Virus record (IMG/VR): IMGVR_UViG_3300029811_000161
DNA: 64,000 nt
Reading direction: 5' to 3' (one strand)
From: a virus
Both the position numbers and the translations under genes were made by a program. This document shows, one piece after another, positions 39,938 through 49,750 of the stretch (the first letter of the stretch is position 1; every line of letters begins with the position of its first letter). The notes under the pieces were generated by a model. The model was not told the origin of the DNA. It did no database searches and worked only from the letters and a program-made list of their open reading frames with translations.

Positions 39938-41476
39938 TTATCTCTTAGAGCACTCTACAAACACGCTGGCATCGCGTGGCTTGTAACCGATTTCGCCCCA
40001 TCTGTTTATAATAAACACTGACCGAATCAGTTCAAGCAACGATTCGGTTGTCCATGAATGCATGTGGTGTGGGTTAGTACATCCTTCTTCGTGCACAGAA
40101 TTCCAAATGAATACCTTACCATCGCTTTTAACAACTCGTTTAGACTCTTCAAGTACGATACTCGGATTAATGAGATGGTCGAGAACAGATGAAATAACAA
40201 TTGCATCGAAGATGTTGTCTTGGAATGGAATATTATCTCCGTATGCAGAGACGACCGGGAATCTGTCTTCAGACGATGTAAGCGGATCAAGACCGATGAT
40301 AGTATTTTCACCATCGATGTATTCATATCCAATCGATTCGTATGTTCCACCGGCATATTTTCCATTACCACACCCAACATCGAGTACAAACCCGTGTACA
40401 CCGATGAATGCTTTGAATCTTGATGCAAGTTCTCTTGTAAGTCCGAGGTATCCATCTGGCTTTTTTTCACTTGTTCTATGTTCGTATCGATTCTGTATTT
40501 TTGACCAGCATTTTTCAGGGGAATCTGGTATGTCTTCGATAGCTTCAATCATTCGATTATAGCAGTTCTTCTGACTGTAATATCCAGCAGCCTTGTAAGC
40601 ATATTTGTAAATCTCGCTGATTTTACCCTCTTCATCGATCAGGCTCATGAATAGCTTATGTGCACCAGCGACATCAAACGGATCGATTGCAAGAGTCGGG
40701 AAGCATCTGCGCGCAGCTTCAATCGTGTTTGAGCAGACACATGGCACGGCAAGTGCAGCGAACTCTACAACAGCACGGCCGAATGTTCGTCCAGGATAGA
40801 GGTCGCATCCAAACGTGGCGGCACTCATCGTCTCGATCGCATTAATGAATGCGCGTGGCTTGTAGACAAAGTCGTACATCGATAGTGTTGGTACTTTTCC
40901 ACCGTAGCCAAGCAGGATTCTGTATAGGTCGATATCTTTCTGAGCAAAATACGGAATCGTGCAATCCGGGATGTAGCGGTGCCACATGGTAACAATCGTT
41001 GGCTCTCGTTCAGTTTTTTTGTATTTATCAAGACTATCAACATCGACCGGGTGTGGAAGAGTGTGAACCTTACGATTGAGAACGTGCTCAAGGATGTTAG
41101 CACCGGCGCTCTCGACGTGGAAGATCATATCAGCACAATCGACTGCGCTTGTAAGCAATGTTGGGTACTGCCAGTTGGCGCCCCACTGCATCACGTCGAA
41201 GTCCACGTTCACAACGAGTTTTGTGTCTGACCCATCGCCGATCTCATCACGAATCATCTGTGGAAGGGCGAGATTTCCAGCGGTCATGTTAATGTGGATC
41301 ACGTCGTACTCTTCGAGTTCTTCTTTTCGTCTAAGAAGTCGTACATCACCTTTTTTACCATATTTGTCGAAGACAAGGCTCCACTGCCAGAGACCTGAAA
41401 GCACGACTTCATCACGGTTCTTAACACCAGCGATGGCTTTAGGATCACCGATGAGAGCATAGCTTAGTTTATTCAT
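39938..41476 (-). CDS. Glycosyltransferase-like domain fused to class I SAM methyltransferase
   Basis: LPHPVD, FGRAVVEFAALAVPCV; VLDVGCGNG, FDAI..SVLDHL. Confidence 0.75.
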   Translation of the reverse strand: MNKLSYALIGDPKAIAGVKNRDEVVLSGLWQWSLVFDKYGKKGDVRLLRRKEELEEYDVIHINMTAGNLALPQMIRDEIGDGSDTKLVVNVDFDVMQWGANWQYPTLLTSAVDCADMIFHVESAGANILEHVLNRKVHTLPHPVDVDSLDKYKKTEREPTIVTMWHRYIPDCTIPYFAQKDIDLYRILLGYGGKVPTLSMYDFVYKPRAFINAIETMSAATFGCDLYPGRTFGRAVVEFAALAVPCVCSNTIEAARRCFPTLAIDPFDVAGAHKLFMSLIDEEGKISEIYKYAYKAAGYYSQKNCYNRMIEAIEDIPDSPEKCWSKIQNRYEHRTSEKKPDGYLGLTRELASRFKAFIGVHGFVLDVGCGNGKYAGGTYESIGYEYIDGENTIIGLDPLTSSEDRFPVVSAYGDNIPFQDNIFDAIVISSVLDHLINPSIVLEESKRVVKSDGKVFIWNSVHEEGCTNPHHMHSWTTESLLELIRSVFIINRWGEIGYKPRDASVFVECSKR

Positions 41477-41834
41477 CTTGTGTCTCCAAACATGCTCTTT
41501 TAAAGATCACAACACCATCGATGTTAGCGAGGTATTCAACACAGTCATCGATGATATTTAGAATGTAAACCTCTCCGGGGGCAAGGGTTTCAAATATCGG
41601 TGTTTGTCGTGTCATATTACTTGCCGTCTTTTATGTCGATTGTAATGATCAATGATTTTTTCAATTGCTTTCTCGTTCGTTATGCATACATTTCCCCCGA
41701 GATCGGATTTAGCAGATGTCCATTTTTTCCAAATTGTTCCTGAAAGATTGGCTCGTAGGGTTGGCACAGATGTAACGTATGTCACGATGACTATTTAACC
41801 TCATCGATGAAACATTCCATCAAACTCGTGGAGA

Positions 41835-42812
41835 GTGATTATCACGGCATTCCCAGTTGACCCAATGAAAACGAAATACTGGCCCGAAATCTTTGGAGAG
41901 GCGGGGTCGGTAACAACAACTTCAAGCGGCGCAGAAATCGCAGAATACAGCAGTTATGATGACTATATTGTCCAGCTTGTGAGTCTTGCAACGGCGCACG
42001 CTAAGGACGGCTCGACGAACGTGATGACATCGGCAATTCGCGTGAATACCGACGCAGGCGACAATCTAATCAACAGTATGTTGTCTGCGCGCGGGCACAT
42101 CGATAACCCGATACCAAATAAGGTAACCGGCAAAGAATCGCTATCGTTATATGGTTATTATCCGTCCGGTGGTGTTGCTGAATTGATGCGGGTTCGGCAT
42201 TGTCTGCGCATTACGAAGCCAACGGTTTACGAGAAGCTTCTGCATAAGATCGGTCTGAGTGATGAGGAAAAGGCACTTGACACAAAGTTCGAGATATTGA
42301 AGAAGATCAATGCTGGGATTCTGTCGGGTCAAGCAGAGCCACAGTTCACGAAGATATATGAAGTTGCTAAGAGCATCAGCGCAGCAAGCGGGGCAAATCC
42401 AACGATCGGCGCGGAGGTACATCCACTCGCAGGACAGAAAGCCGTGTTGCTTGGCATCGCGACCGAGGAGCACACCACAGCAAGCGAGGTGTTCATATCG
42501 GTGACCCGGGATCGTGAGCAGGTGATGAAGCTTGATTCGTATGCTTTCATGCAGAAGTCGATATCCACAACAAACTACATCGAGGAACTTAATTACGAAA
42601 TGCCTCTCCATGTTGTAGCACTCGACAAGCTCAAGGTTTGGATCGAGAACACTGGATCGGCAATCACATCATTCAAGGTTAGATTCAGATACGGGATCGC
42701 TCCGTTGACGATAATGGAGAAGATCCGGTGGGGGCTTTCGTTGACAGACGATGAGAGAGTCATCGCTACTGAGCTTGATTTAGTTGACAGTGTTGCTGCA
42801 GGAGTAATGTGA
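41835..42812 (+). CDS. Second putative capsid protein with internal two-fold repeat
   Basis: Two beta-rich halves ending PTVYEKLLHKIGLSDEEK..KKINAGIL and PLTIMEKIRWGLSLTDDER..DSVAAGVM. Confidence 0.5.
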   Translation: MIITAFPVDPMKTKYWPEIFGEAGSVTTTSSGAEIAEYSSYDDYIVQLVSLATAHAKDGSTNVMTSAIRVNTDAGDNLINSMLSARGHIDNPIPNKVTGKESLSLYGYYPSGGVAELMRVRHCLRITKPTVYEKLLHKIGLSDEEKALDTKFEILKKINAGILSGQAEPQFTKIYEVAKSISAASGANPTIGAEVHPLAGQKAVLLGIATEEHTTASEVFISVTRDREQVMKLDSYAFMQKSISTTNYIEELNYEMPLHVVALDKLKVWIENTGSAITSFKVRFRYGIAPLTIMEKIRWGLSLTDDERVIATELDLVDSVAAGVM

Positions 42813-42822
42813 GGGCACATCG

Positions 42823-43152
42823 ATGAAAGCCACTCCTTTCGAGCGACATCTGGAGTTTGTCGATGAAACAACGCTGGCAGCGAACGAAGAGAAGTATCTT
42901 TATATTCAAAACGATGATACGTGGGGTCTCAAAGTTCCGGCGGATTCTGGTTACATAAAAAACGATGGACCCGGAACTATCATTGTCCGTAACAGTGATG
43001 ATGGAGAGCATTACACACCAGATATCACTGTTAAACGTGGCGAGCAAGCAGTATGGGAAAACGATGACGATGTGTGGAATCACACTATCTACATCATTGC
43101 AGATGCATCTGGTGCCTCGTATCGTTCGAGATTTGCACGAAGCAGGTGGTAA
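42823..43152 (+). CDS. Small beta-sandwich (single jelly-roll-like) virion protein candidate
   Basis: 109 aa, mostly beta pattern, between capsid candidate and spikes. Confidence 0.45.
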   Translation: MKATPFERHLEFVDETTLAANEEKYLYIQNDDTWGLKVPADSGYIKNDGPGTIIVRNSDDGEHYTPDITVKRGEQAVWENDDDVWNHTIYIIADASGASYRSRFARSRW

Positions 43153-43153
43153 A

Positions 43154-43321
43154 ATGTTGGAACTGGCTCTTGCAACGGCGAACATCATTCTTGGTGTAGC
43201 GCTGGTGACATGTATATCGTGGATAAAGAAGATGAATGACTCGTTGCATCGTGTCAACAACGATATCGTTGGGGTGAAAACCGATATCGAGTGGATAAAG
43301 AATAATTTGGAGGTGCATTGA
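43154..43321 (+). CDS. Small membrane protein with coiled-coil tail
   Basis: N-terminal TM helix, DIVGVKTDIEWIK; GGTGG SD. Confidence 0.65.
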   Translation: MLELALATANIILGVALVTCISWIKKMNDSLHRVNNDIVGVKTDIEWIKNNLEVH

Positions 43322-45679
43322 ATGGTTAGAATGCATCTTGAATCAATTGCACAGGAGGCAATTGATCTAAACCTTGCTAAAGAAGGCTACACCGCGTTTT
43401 ATGTCGATGGGACAAACGGACTTGACACTTATCCAGGAGATTCTTGGGCGCAGCCATTCAAAACGATTCAACACGCAATCGATGAGGCGGGAAGCTGGGC
43501 TAAGATTTTTGTGAAGGCTGGGACTTACGCTGAAAACGTGGTGGTCGCAAAAACTGGAATATCTATCATGGGTGAAAAAAAAGAAACCACTATCATATCA
43601 CCATCAGCTGGAACCGCCATCCAACTGAATGCTGATAATGGATATGTAACGTGCATAACTGCTAAATCTGGAACCGGGTCATTTCCAGCTTCGATCGAAG
43701 TAAACGGTGTAGACCATTGCAAAATCCACGACGTATTTGTGGATGAGAATGGTGGAACGACACCATATGGTATATTAGTCGATCGTGGTGCTGGTGCATC
43801 ATCTATGTTTACAAAAATCAGTTATGTGGTAGCATCGGCATCTGGATTTGAGTATGCAATACGCGTTGCTGGGTCAGGAAAGTATACAGAAATTATAAAC
43901 TGTGTAATTGAAAATGGTGGGGCAAACGGCATCTCGCTGTCAAACACTTCAACTTATGGAAAAATACATGATTGCGAAGTAAGTGCTTGTGATTATAACA
44001 TCACAGTTCGTAGTGATTCTGATCATAACACCATTTTTCATAATAACCTACAAGCTGGAGTTCTTCACAATATCTGGGATGGCTCCAGTGGGTCAGACAA
44101 CGAAGCGATTGAAAACTTCTACGATGACCACACCACAGACACAAACAACGATGGTCTCTGTGATACCCCGTACGCATTCACGGGCGGCGTTGACTACCAG
44201 CCAGTCTCTCGGAGAAACGGCTGGAAACAAGAATCATTAGGTTATGATTCCGCTACTGTAAACTCGTTGGTATTCAAAGGCACAGTCACGACTGCAACAA
44301 GTTCAACAGTCTTCGCATCGACTGACCTAACAGGACATGGCAACGATGCGTTCATCAATGACTGGTATGTCTACGTCTTCCACGATGCTGGAGGCGCAGG
44401 AGCGGCACCGCAGGGTGAGTACAGATCAATCTCCGACTACGTCAGCAGCACAGGAACATTCACGCACACCGCGTTCTCGGCAGATCTTGCACTAACAGAC
44501 GAGGTTTTCATAGTTCACTCATCGATGCTGCCAGCAGACGGTAATGTCTTCGCACGAACCGGAGTCGTTTATTTCGTTGGAAAGGGTGGCAACGATGCAA
44601 ACAACGCTGAAACTTGGGAAACTCGACGACTAACGGTGGCTTCAGGCTACGGACTCTGCTCATCTGGAGACAATTTGATAATCGGTCCGGGGGCATTCGT
44701 CGAGGACATCAATTTCGACACCGACGGCGTGTTTGTGTTTGGTCGTGGTCAGGGGCCCGATGGTACAGAAATAAGTGGCGCATCGACCATGCCATGTCGG
44801 TCAAACCGATTCGAGGATATATTTTTCTATGACAACACTGGAACAGTCGTGAAAGTCGGGGCAGACACAAACGCTAATTATAACGAGTTCCCGAACTGTC
44901 GCATCGGTGGATCGGGATCAGCAATTCCACTCCACATCGATGCCAGCGTCGCGGGTGGTGGCAGTTACAACATCTTCGACAAGTGCAACGTCTATGAAGG
45001 GTCACAAGCCGCAGTTCTCATCGATGGCGGTGCTGCAATCGGCAACATATTCCGGGAATGTCGTGTCAGACCGCAGACTGGTGTAGCGAGTCACGGTATC
45101 CACGTCAATCATGCATCAACTCTACGAAATACTTTCATCGATTGTGTTGTTGTTGGTGCGGGTAGCACAGGCACAGGCATATACTTCCAAGCCGGTACAC
45201 ACAACATCGGCGATAACTGCTATGTAAACGACATCACAACGCCGTACAACATCGCAGCGAATAACTACATCGTTGGATGTCATGAAGGATCGTTGATAGC
45301 GACCAACAACACGACAGAAGACGACCTTAAAGCAATCCACGACAAACACACTGGTGGGGAGTACATAGACACAGTATCCGCAGGCACAGCCGCCAAAACG
45401 CTGATAAAGGAGATCACAACATCGACGAGAGTTGAAATCAAATCAATATGGCTCGACTTAACGCTTCTAGTCACCGCGGGCGCAACGGTCGAACTTGAGC
45501 ACAAGATCGATGGCACCAATTATCGTGTGTTTGAGACCGATTCGTGGGCACTTACAGATGACGATGGTGTTCTGATAAAGGGGTTTGACATCAACAACGA
45601 CTTCAAGATCAGTATAACCGGCGGAGAAGCGGCTGGGGTTGACATATACTACAATATCATCTATCAGAACATGGAGTGA
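43322..45679 (+). CDS. Pectin-lyase-like beta-helix spike/adhesin with two beta-helix modules
   Basis: FYVDGTNG.D..PGDSWAQPFKTIQHAID and YFVGKGGND..WETRRLTV caps; NosD-like Asn repeats. Confidence 0.8.
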   Translation: MVRMHLESIAQEAIDLNLAKEGYTAFYVDGTNGLDTYPGDSWAQPFKTIQHAIDEAGSWAKIFVKAGTYAENVVVAKTGISIMGEKKETTIISPSAGTAIQLNADNGYVTCITAKSGTGSFPASIEVNGVDHCKIHDVFVDENGGTTPYGILVDRGAGASSMFTKISYVVASASGFEYAIRVAGSGKYTEIINCVIENGGANGISLSNTSTYGKIHDCEVSACDYNITVRSDSDHNTIFHNNLQAGVLHNIWDGSSGSDNEAIENFYDDHTTDTNNDGLCDTPYAFTGGVDYQPVSRRNGWKQESLGYDSATVNSLVFKGTVTTATSSTVFASTDLTGHGNDAFINDWYVYVFHDAGGAGAAPQGEYRSISDYVSSTGTFTHTAFSADLALTDEVFIVHSSMLPADGNVFARTGVVYFVGKGGNDANNAETWETRRLTVASGYGLCSSGDNLIIGPGAFVEDINFDTDGVFVFGRGQGPDGTEISGASTMPCRSNRFEDIFFYDNTGTVVKVGADTNANYNEFPNCRIGGSGSAIPLHIDASVAGGGSYNIFDKCNVYEGSQAAVLIDGGAAIGNIFRECRVRPQTGVASHGIHVNHASTLRNTFIDCVVVGAGSTGTGIYFQAGTHNIGDNCYVNDITTPYNIAANNYIVGCHEGSLIATNNTTEDDLKAIHDKHTGGEYIDTVSAGTAAKTLIKEITTSTRVEIKSIWLDLTLLVTAGATVELEHKIDGTNYRVFETDSWALTDDDGVLIKGFDINNDFKISITGGEAAGVDIYYNIIYQNME

Positions 45680-45684
45680 TAATT

Positions 45685-47382
45685 ATGCCACGATATCCAA
45701 GACATCGCTTGTCAACAGCAACATTCATAGTCGCGGCATCGGATTCGTTGCATCCAGAGCGGGCAGATTACGTTTGTGATGGCACATCAGACCAAGTAGA
45801 AATTCAGGCAGCGATTGATGCATTACCCGCCGTTGGTGGAGTGGTTGTGTTGACTGAAGGAAACTACAACATCACAGCAGCAATAGAGGTTAGTGATGAT
45901 TGTGTTGGATTGATAGGTAGTGGACATTCCACGTGTATAAACCCAAGCGCTGCATGTGATTACGCAATTAAAATTAATCCAACCGGTGACGCCAGTAACA
46001 AACTCGAATCTAATCACATTGAGGCAATGCGCCTTGCACTAACGGGAACTGTCGGTGGTATAGACATCAACTACATAAACGAGGCATATTTCAGAGACTT
46101 GAAAATAACAACGGGTGGACGAGCTATAAACGCAACGCAGTTATGGGGAGGCCACTTTAATCAAGTGGATATATCGGATTGTACACATGGGTTTTATTTT
46201 AATACCCCAACCTCTGAGTGGAGCGCGGATGTATATCTTGCAAATGTGTTTACAGCATATTGCACATATGATCTATATGCAGAATCATCGTCGGTGAAAC
46301 ATACTAAGATGGTTGGTGCGTTGTGCGAAGGCAGCAAAATTCTGCTTCTGGGAGCGTCTACCATACGTATATCAAACTCGTATCTAAGTTGTCCCATTGA
46401 TGCATCTGACACCGATTCTCGCATCAGTATAAACAATTCATATGCGCTTGGGAAAATAGATTTGGGCAAACTGTGTTCGGTAACAAGATCAATCATTCGT
46501 GAAGTTGTTATCCACGATTCATATTGTGATGTTGCAGGCAACATCTTTGAAGGGACTGCTTGCGACACCGAGAAGCTGATAGACATACAGGGACACAAAA
46601 ATACCGTATCCAACAACATGTTTGTTCACAACGACGCTAAATATGCTGTGTACTGCGCAGGATACGGAGTGTCTATAAAAGATAATATATTCGATAATAT
46701 AAATTCACTAAATACGTGGGCGGACTCGTTCGATATTTACATCGATTGGAACGATAATATTATTATCACAGGAAATTGGAGAGAAGGAGCGAATTCTTCG
46801 TTCTTGGGTGGGGGTTATTCGCTGTCTATCATATACGATGCAAGATCTGATATGTTCATGGACGTTCTTGCGGTATCTGCGACACACGTTGCGAATGGCT
46901 GGGATGTAAGTGCCGCAGGTGACATATCACTAGAGCCTGTTGCCGGAAACCAGCCAGACGTGCCACGGACATTATCATGGAACTTTGCCCAACACACAAA
47001 TGTTACAGAATTCGATCTCGTGATTGCTGGTGTGGATGCTAAAGGAGAAGAACTCTATGAAACATTCGACGAAACGGGTGGTTGGTCAAGTGAGACAAGC
47101 AACGCTTTCGCAGTTATCGAATATCTAAAATACACAAGACAGGCAGGGGCAGGCGATGCAGGAAATATAATAAACGTCGGTATAACAGACGTTCTCGGGC
47201 TGTCGAGTATGATTTATGAAACGTCTGACATATTCAAGATCAAAAAGAACGCCGCAAACGAAGCCGTCGCCGCAGCACAAGTAGATGTGGATTATGATAC
47301 TTACGACATGTCAGTAATCGGGTTGGCAGCAACAAACGACTTCACGATATGGTTCAAATCGAACCTTAATATTATAACATGA
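45685..47382 (+). CDS. Pectate-lyase-like beta-helix spike
   Basis: ADYVCDGTSDQVEIQAAIDAL..GGVV.L.EGNY cap; repeated I..N.F. Confidence 0.8.
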   Translation: MPRYPRHRLSTATFIVAASDSLHPERADYVCDGTSDQVEIQAAIDALPAVGGVVVLTEGNYNITAAIEVSDDCVGLIGSGHSTCINPSAACDYAIKINPTGDASNKLESNHIEAMRLALTGTVGGIDINYINEAYFRDLKITTGGRAINATQLWGGHFNQVDISDCTHGFYFNTPTSEWSADVYLANVFTAYCTYDLYAESSSVKHTKMVGALCEGSKILLLGASTIRISNSYLSCPIDASDTDSRISINNSYALGKIDLGKLCSVTRSIIREVVIHDSYCDVAGNIFEGTACDTEKLIDIQGHKNTVSNNMFVHNDAKYAVYCAGYGVSIKDNIFDNINSLNTWADSFDIYIDWNDNIIITGNWREGANSSFLGGGYSLSIIYDARSDMFMDVLAVSATHVANGWDVSAAGDISLEPVAGNQPDVPRTLSWNFAQHTNVTEFDLVIAGVDAKGEELYETFDETGGWSSETSNAFAVIEYLKYTRQAGAGDAGNIINVGITDVLGLSSMIYETSDIFKIKKNAANEAVAAAQVDVDYDTYDMSVIGLAATNDFTIWFKSNLNIIT

Positions 47383-47460
47383 GATGATAAAAATCATGAA
47401 CATAGCAACAATCTACATAAGCAGCGGTGTGACATCAATAACGATAAGAAGTGATTTACA

Positions 47461-47634
47461 ATGCTAAAAGAAATCCTATCCGAAAACACGGACGAGATAA
47501 TAGCGATCTCAGTTGTTGTGCCAACAATCATTGTACTTGGTTACCAAGCGATTGTAGGAACCGACATAACGATGCCAACAGAGCCAGCGATGATCATACT
47601 TGGCTTTTACTTCGGCAAAAAGGTGGCATCATGA
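47461..47634 (+). CDS. Holin-like two-TM microprotein, 57 aa, not in ORF track
   Basis: MLKEILSENTDEIIAISVVVPTIIVLGYQAIVGTDITMPTEPAMIILGFYFGKKVAS. Confidence 0.55.
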   Translation: MLKEILSENTDEIIAISVVVPTIIVLGYQAIVGTDITMPTEPAMIILGFYFGKKVAS

Positions 47635-49085
47635 AACTAACGAACATCTTAATTGTCGCATTGGTCATCATCTCATCGATTGCTGTTGCGATGGCTTCTG
47701 AAGAATCCGAGAACCTGCGAGCGATACAACAAGAGATCATCATCGATGGTGTTGACTGGGAAGCCGGCATAACGAGTGTCTCTGGTCTTACCGATGCGGA
47801 GAAACGACGACTCGCGTTGCCAGGTAAAATCCCAAAGCCAGACGGCATGATTGTAACCGCACCATCGATGAGAGCACTATCCTACGAAGAGAGTTTTGAC
47901 TGGCGAGATCATGGTGGTGTAACCTCAGTGAAGAGCCAAGGATCATGTGGATCATGCTGGAGTTTCTCGGCGATTGCTGCGGTTGAATCGAAGTTCCTCA
48001 TCGATGCTGAAAAGAATCTCGACCTCTCGGAGCAACACCTCGTTTCAAGTTGTTGCAATGCCGGAAGTTGTAGTGGTGGATGGCCCGACTGGGCACTTGA
48101 GTACATCCAGAACACCGGTGTGCCAGATGAAGCGTGCTATCCCTACACGGCGAGAAATGGCGACTGCGATCCATGCGCTGGATGGGAAGACCGGGCAAAC
48201 CAGATCGAGGGATATGTCTACGTCGAACCAAGCACAGACAACTTCAAGTGGGCACTTAAAGAGTACGGCCCGATTAGCGTTGTGGTGACAGTTCCGGATG
48301 ACTGGTACTATTATCGATCCGGGATCTACACACCAACCTCCACGCCCAGCGATGGAGTGTGCTGGGCGAACCACGCAGTTCTCTTGACAGGATGGGATGA
48401 TTCTGATGGATGCTGGTTCATCAAGAACAGTTGGGGCGCAGGATGGGGAGAAAGTGGTTTTGCACGTGTAAAATGTGGGGATTTGGAACAATACCACTAT
48501 GCCTACGCAGTCACGGGCATAATCGACCACGGAGCATCACCCGACAATGGAACGTGGTTCAAGCCAATCTCTGCAATAGCATCGTCAGAATATAGTTCAT
48601 CTTACGCATCGATGAAATCCGTTGACAACAATACCGGCACATACTGGTTCTCGGCACGGAACGAAGAGAACCCCACAATCTCGTTCGACCTCGGACAACT
48701 CCTAACGATCGACAAAGTGCGAACGATGATCTTTCACCGAGACGTGCCAATGACCCTAAACATCGACGTGTCATGCGATGGAGAGCACTGGCACACCGTT
48801 GCAGAGGACTTCGTGATCGAGACTGGGTCAGAGTATGTCGAGATTCCGTTCGCGCCAGCACGATGCCAGTATGTCCGAATGACGCAGACAGAGACTGCCA
48901 GAGTATACGGCACTGTAACCGAATTCGGTGTCTTTGTCACCGAAGACGATCCAGAATATGATATGTCGGTGGTGCTACATTACGCAGGGTTGCCGAACAC
49001 AATCATCAACATCGATGAGGGTCTGACTTCGATTACGCTGCTTCGAGGCAACGAAACCGTTTTAGTTTGGTACAGCAACATTTAA
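47631..49085 (+). CDS. Secreted papain-like cysteine protease (C1A) with C-terminal discoidin (F5/8 type C) domain
   Basis: Signal peptide at 47631; QGSCGSCW, NHAVLLTGW, IKNSWG; ASSEY..W..FDLG..YVR. Confidence 0.92.
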   Translation: MKLTNILIVALVIISSIAVAMASEESENLRAIQQEIIIDGVDWEAGITSVSGLTDAEKRRLALPGKIPKPDGMIVTAPSMRALSYEESFDWRDHGGVTSVKSQGSCGSCWSFSAIAAVESKFLIDAEKNLDLSEQHLVSSCCNAGSCSGGWPDWALEYIQNTGVPDEACYPYTARNGDCDPCAGWEDRANQIEGYVYVEPSTDNFKWALKEYGPISVVVTVPDDWYYYRSGIYTPTSTPSDGVCWANHAVLLTGWDDSDGCWFIKNSWGAGWGESGFARVKCGDLEQYHYAYAVTGIIDHGASPDNGTWFKPISAIASSEYSSSYASMKSVDNNTGTYWFSARNEENPTISFDLGQLLTIDKVRTMIFHRDVPMTLNIDVSCDGEHWHTVAEDFVIETGSEYVEIPFAPARCQYVRMTQTETARVYGTVTEFGVFVTEDDPEYDMSVVLHYAGLPNTIINIDEGLTSITLLRGNETVLVWYSNI

Positions 49086-49113
49086 TATTGCGAATGATTA
49101 AACGGAGTAATAT

Positions 49114-49437
49114 ATGACTGCAAACTTACCAAACAAAGTTACACCAAATCCGACAGAGCCTCCATGTGAGCTATGCCAAGACGTTGAAGCAAGGTTGATG
49201 GCTGGATATGGCATGGCATCTGTAGCATGTAAGTTTCACAAGGGTGACGCACACAAGGCATGCCTTGCGTTAATTGTACCGCTTGAAAAAGGAGACGATA
49301 CCGTTGATCCCGTTGACGTTGTGAAAGATATTATGCTGCTCGGCGACCAGGGACGGTCTATCGATGAAACCGCTATGCTATTTACTTCAATCATCGAAGA
49401 GGCGGCAACAAAAGCAGCGAAAGAAGCAAATGATTAA
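49114..49437 (+). CDS. Hypothetical Cys-containing protein
   Basis: CELC; GGAG SD. Confidence 0.65.
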   Translation: MTANLPNKVTPNPTEPPCELCQDVEARLMAGYGMASVACKFHKGDAHKACLALIVPLEKGDDTVDPVDVVKDIMLLGDQGRSIDETAMLFTSIIEEAATKAAKEAND

Positions 49438-49446
49438 CCTATTTTT

Positions 49447-49653
49447 ATGCGAGGGAAAATCACCAAAGTTGATGTACGGTTGAATCAAACCGATGAAGAG
49501 AACCTACGTGAGATCATCAGGAAGTCGAAGTGGTCTCGCTCAGATGCAACGCGGTTTTGCATAAACTTCACACACATGATCTTATCAACAATGCCCGCAG
49601 AAACCATCGATGCTGTGTTATCTGAACAAGTCAACTTAGTAAACGATGAGTGA
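49447..49653 (+). CDS. RHH-like regulator
   Basis: KVDVRLNQTDEENLREI...SRSDATR. Confidence 0.65.
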   Translation: MRGKITKVDVRLNQTDEENLREIIRKSKWSRSDATRFCINFTHMILSTMPAETIDAVLSEQVNLVNDE

Positions 49654-49750
49654 ATTTGTCTGACATTTCTTTTTAAACACCCCTTGCGCATGTTAGATTA
49701 TCCCGTCCAGGAGTGGGCGTGGGAAATCATACAATCGGAGGTAAAGAGAA

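Noticed and set aside
36284-41476. Glycan operon as a sign that the window enters host chromosome
   Set aside because: It is flanked on both sides by co-oriented structural genes and has no transporter, flippase or housekeeping context.
43154-43324. TGA read-through or selenocysteine joining the TM peptide to the spike (likewise 6012/6013 and 55234/55238)
   Set aside because: In-frame adjacency is common by chance in compact operons, each downstream gene has its own ATG, and no SECIS-like evidence was seen.
47451-47630. Track start of the protease at 47451
   Set aside because: The signal peptide begins at ATG 47631, and the upstream DNA encodes the holin-like ORF in another frame.
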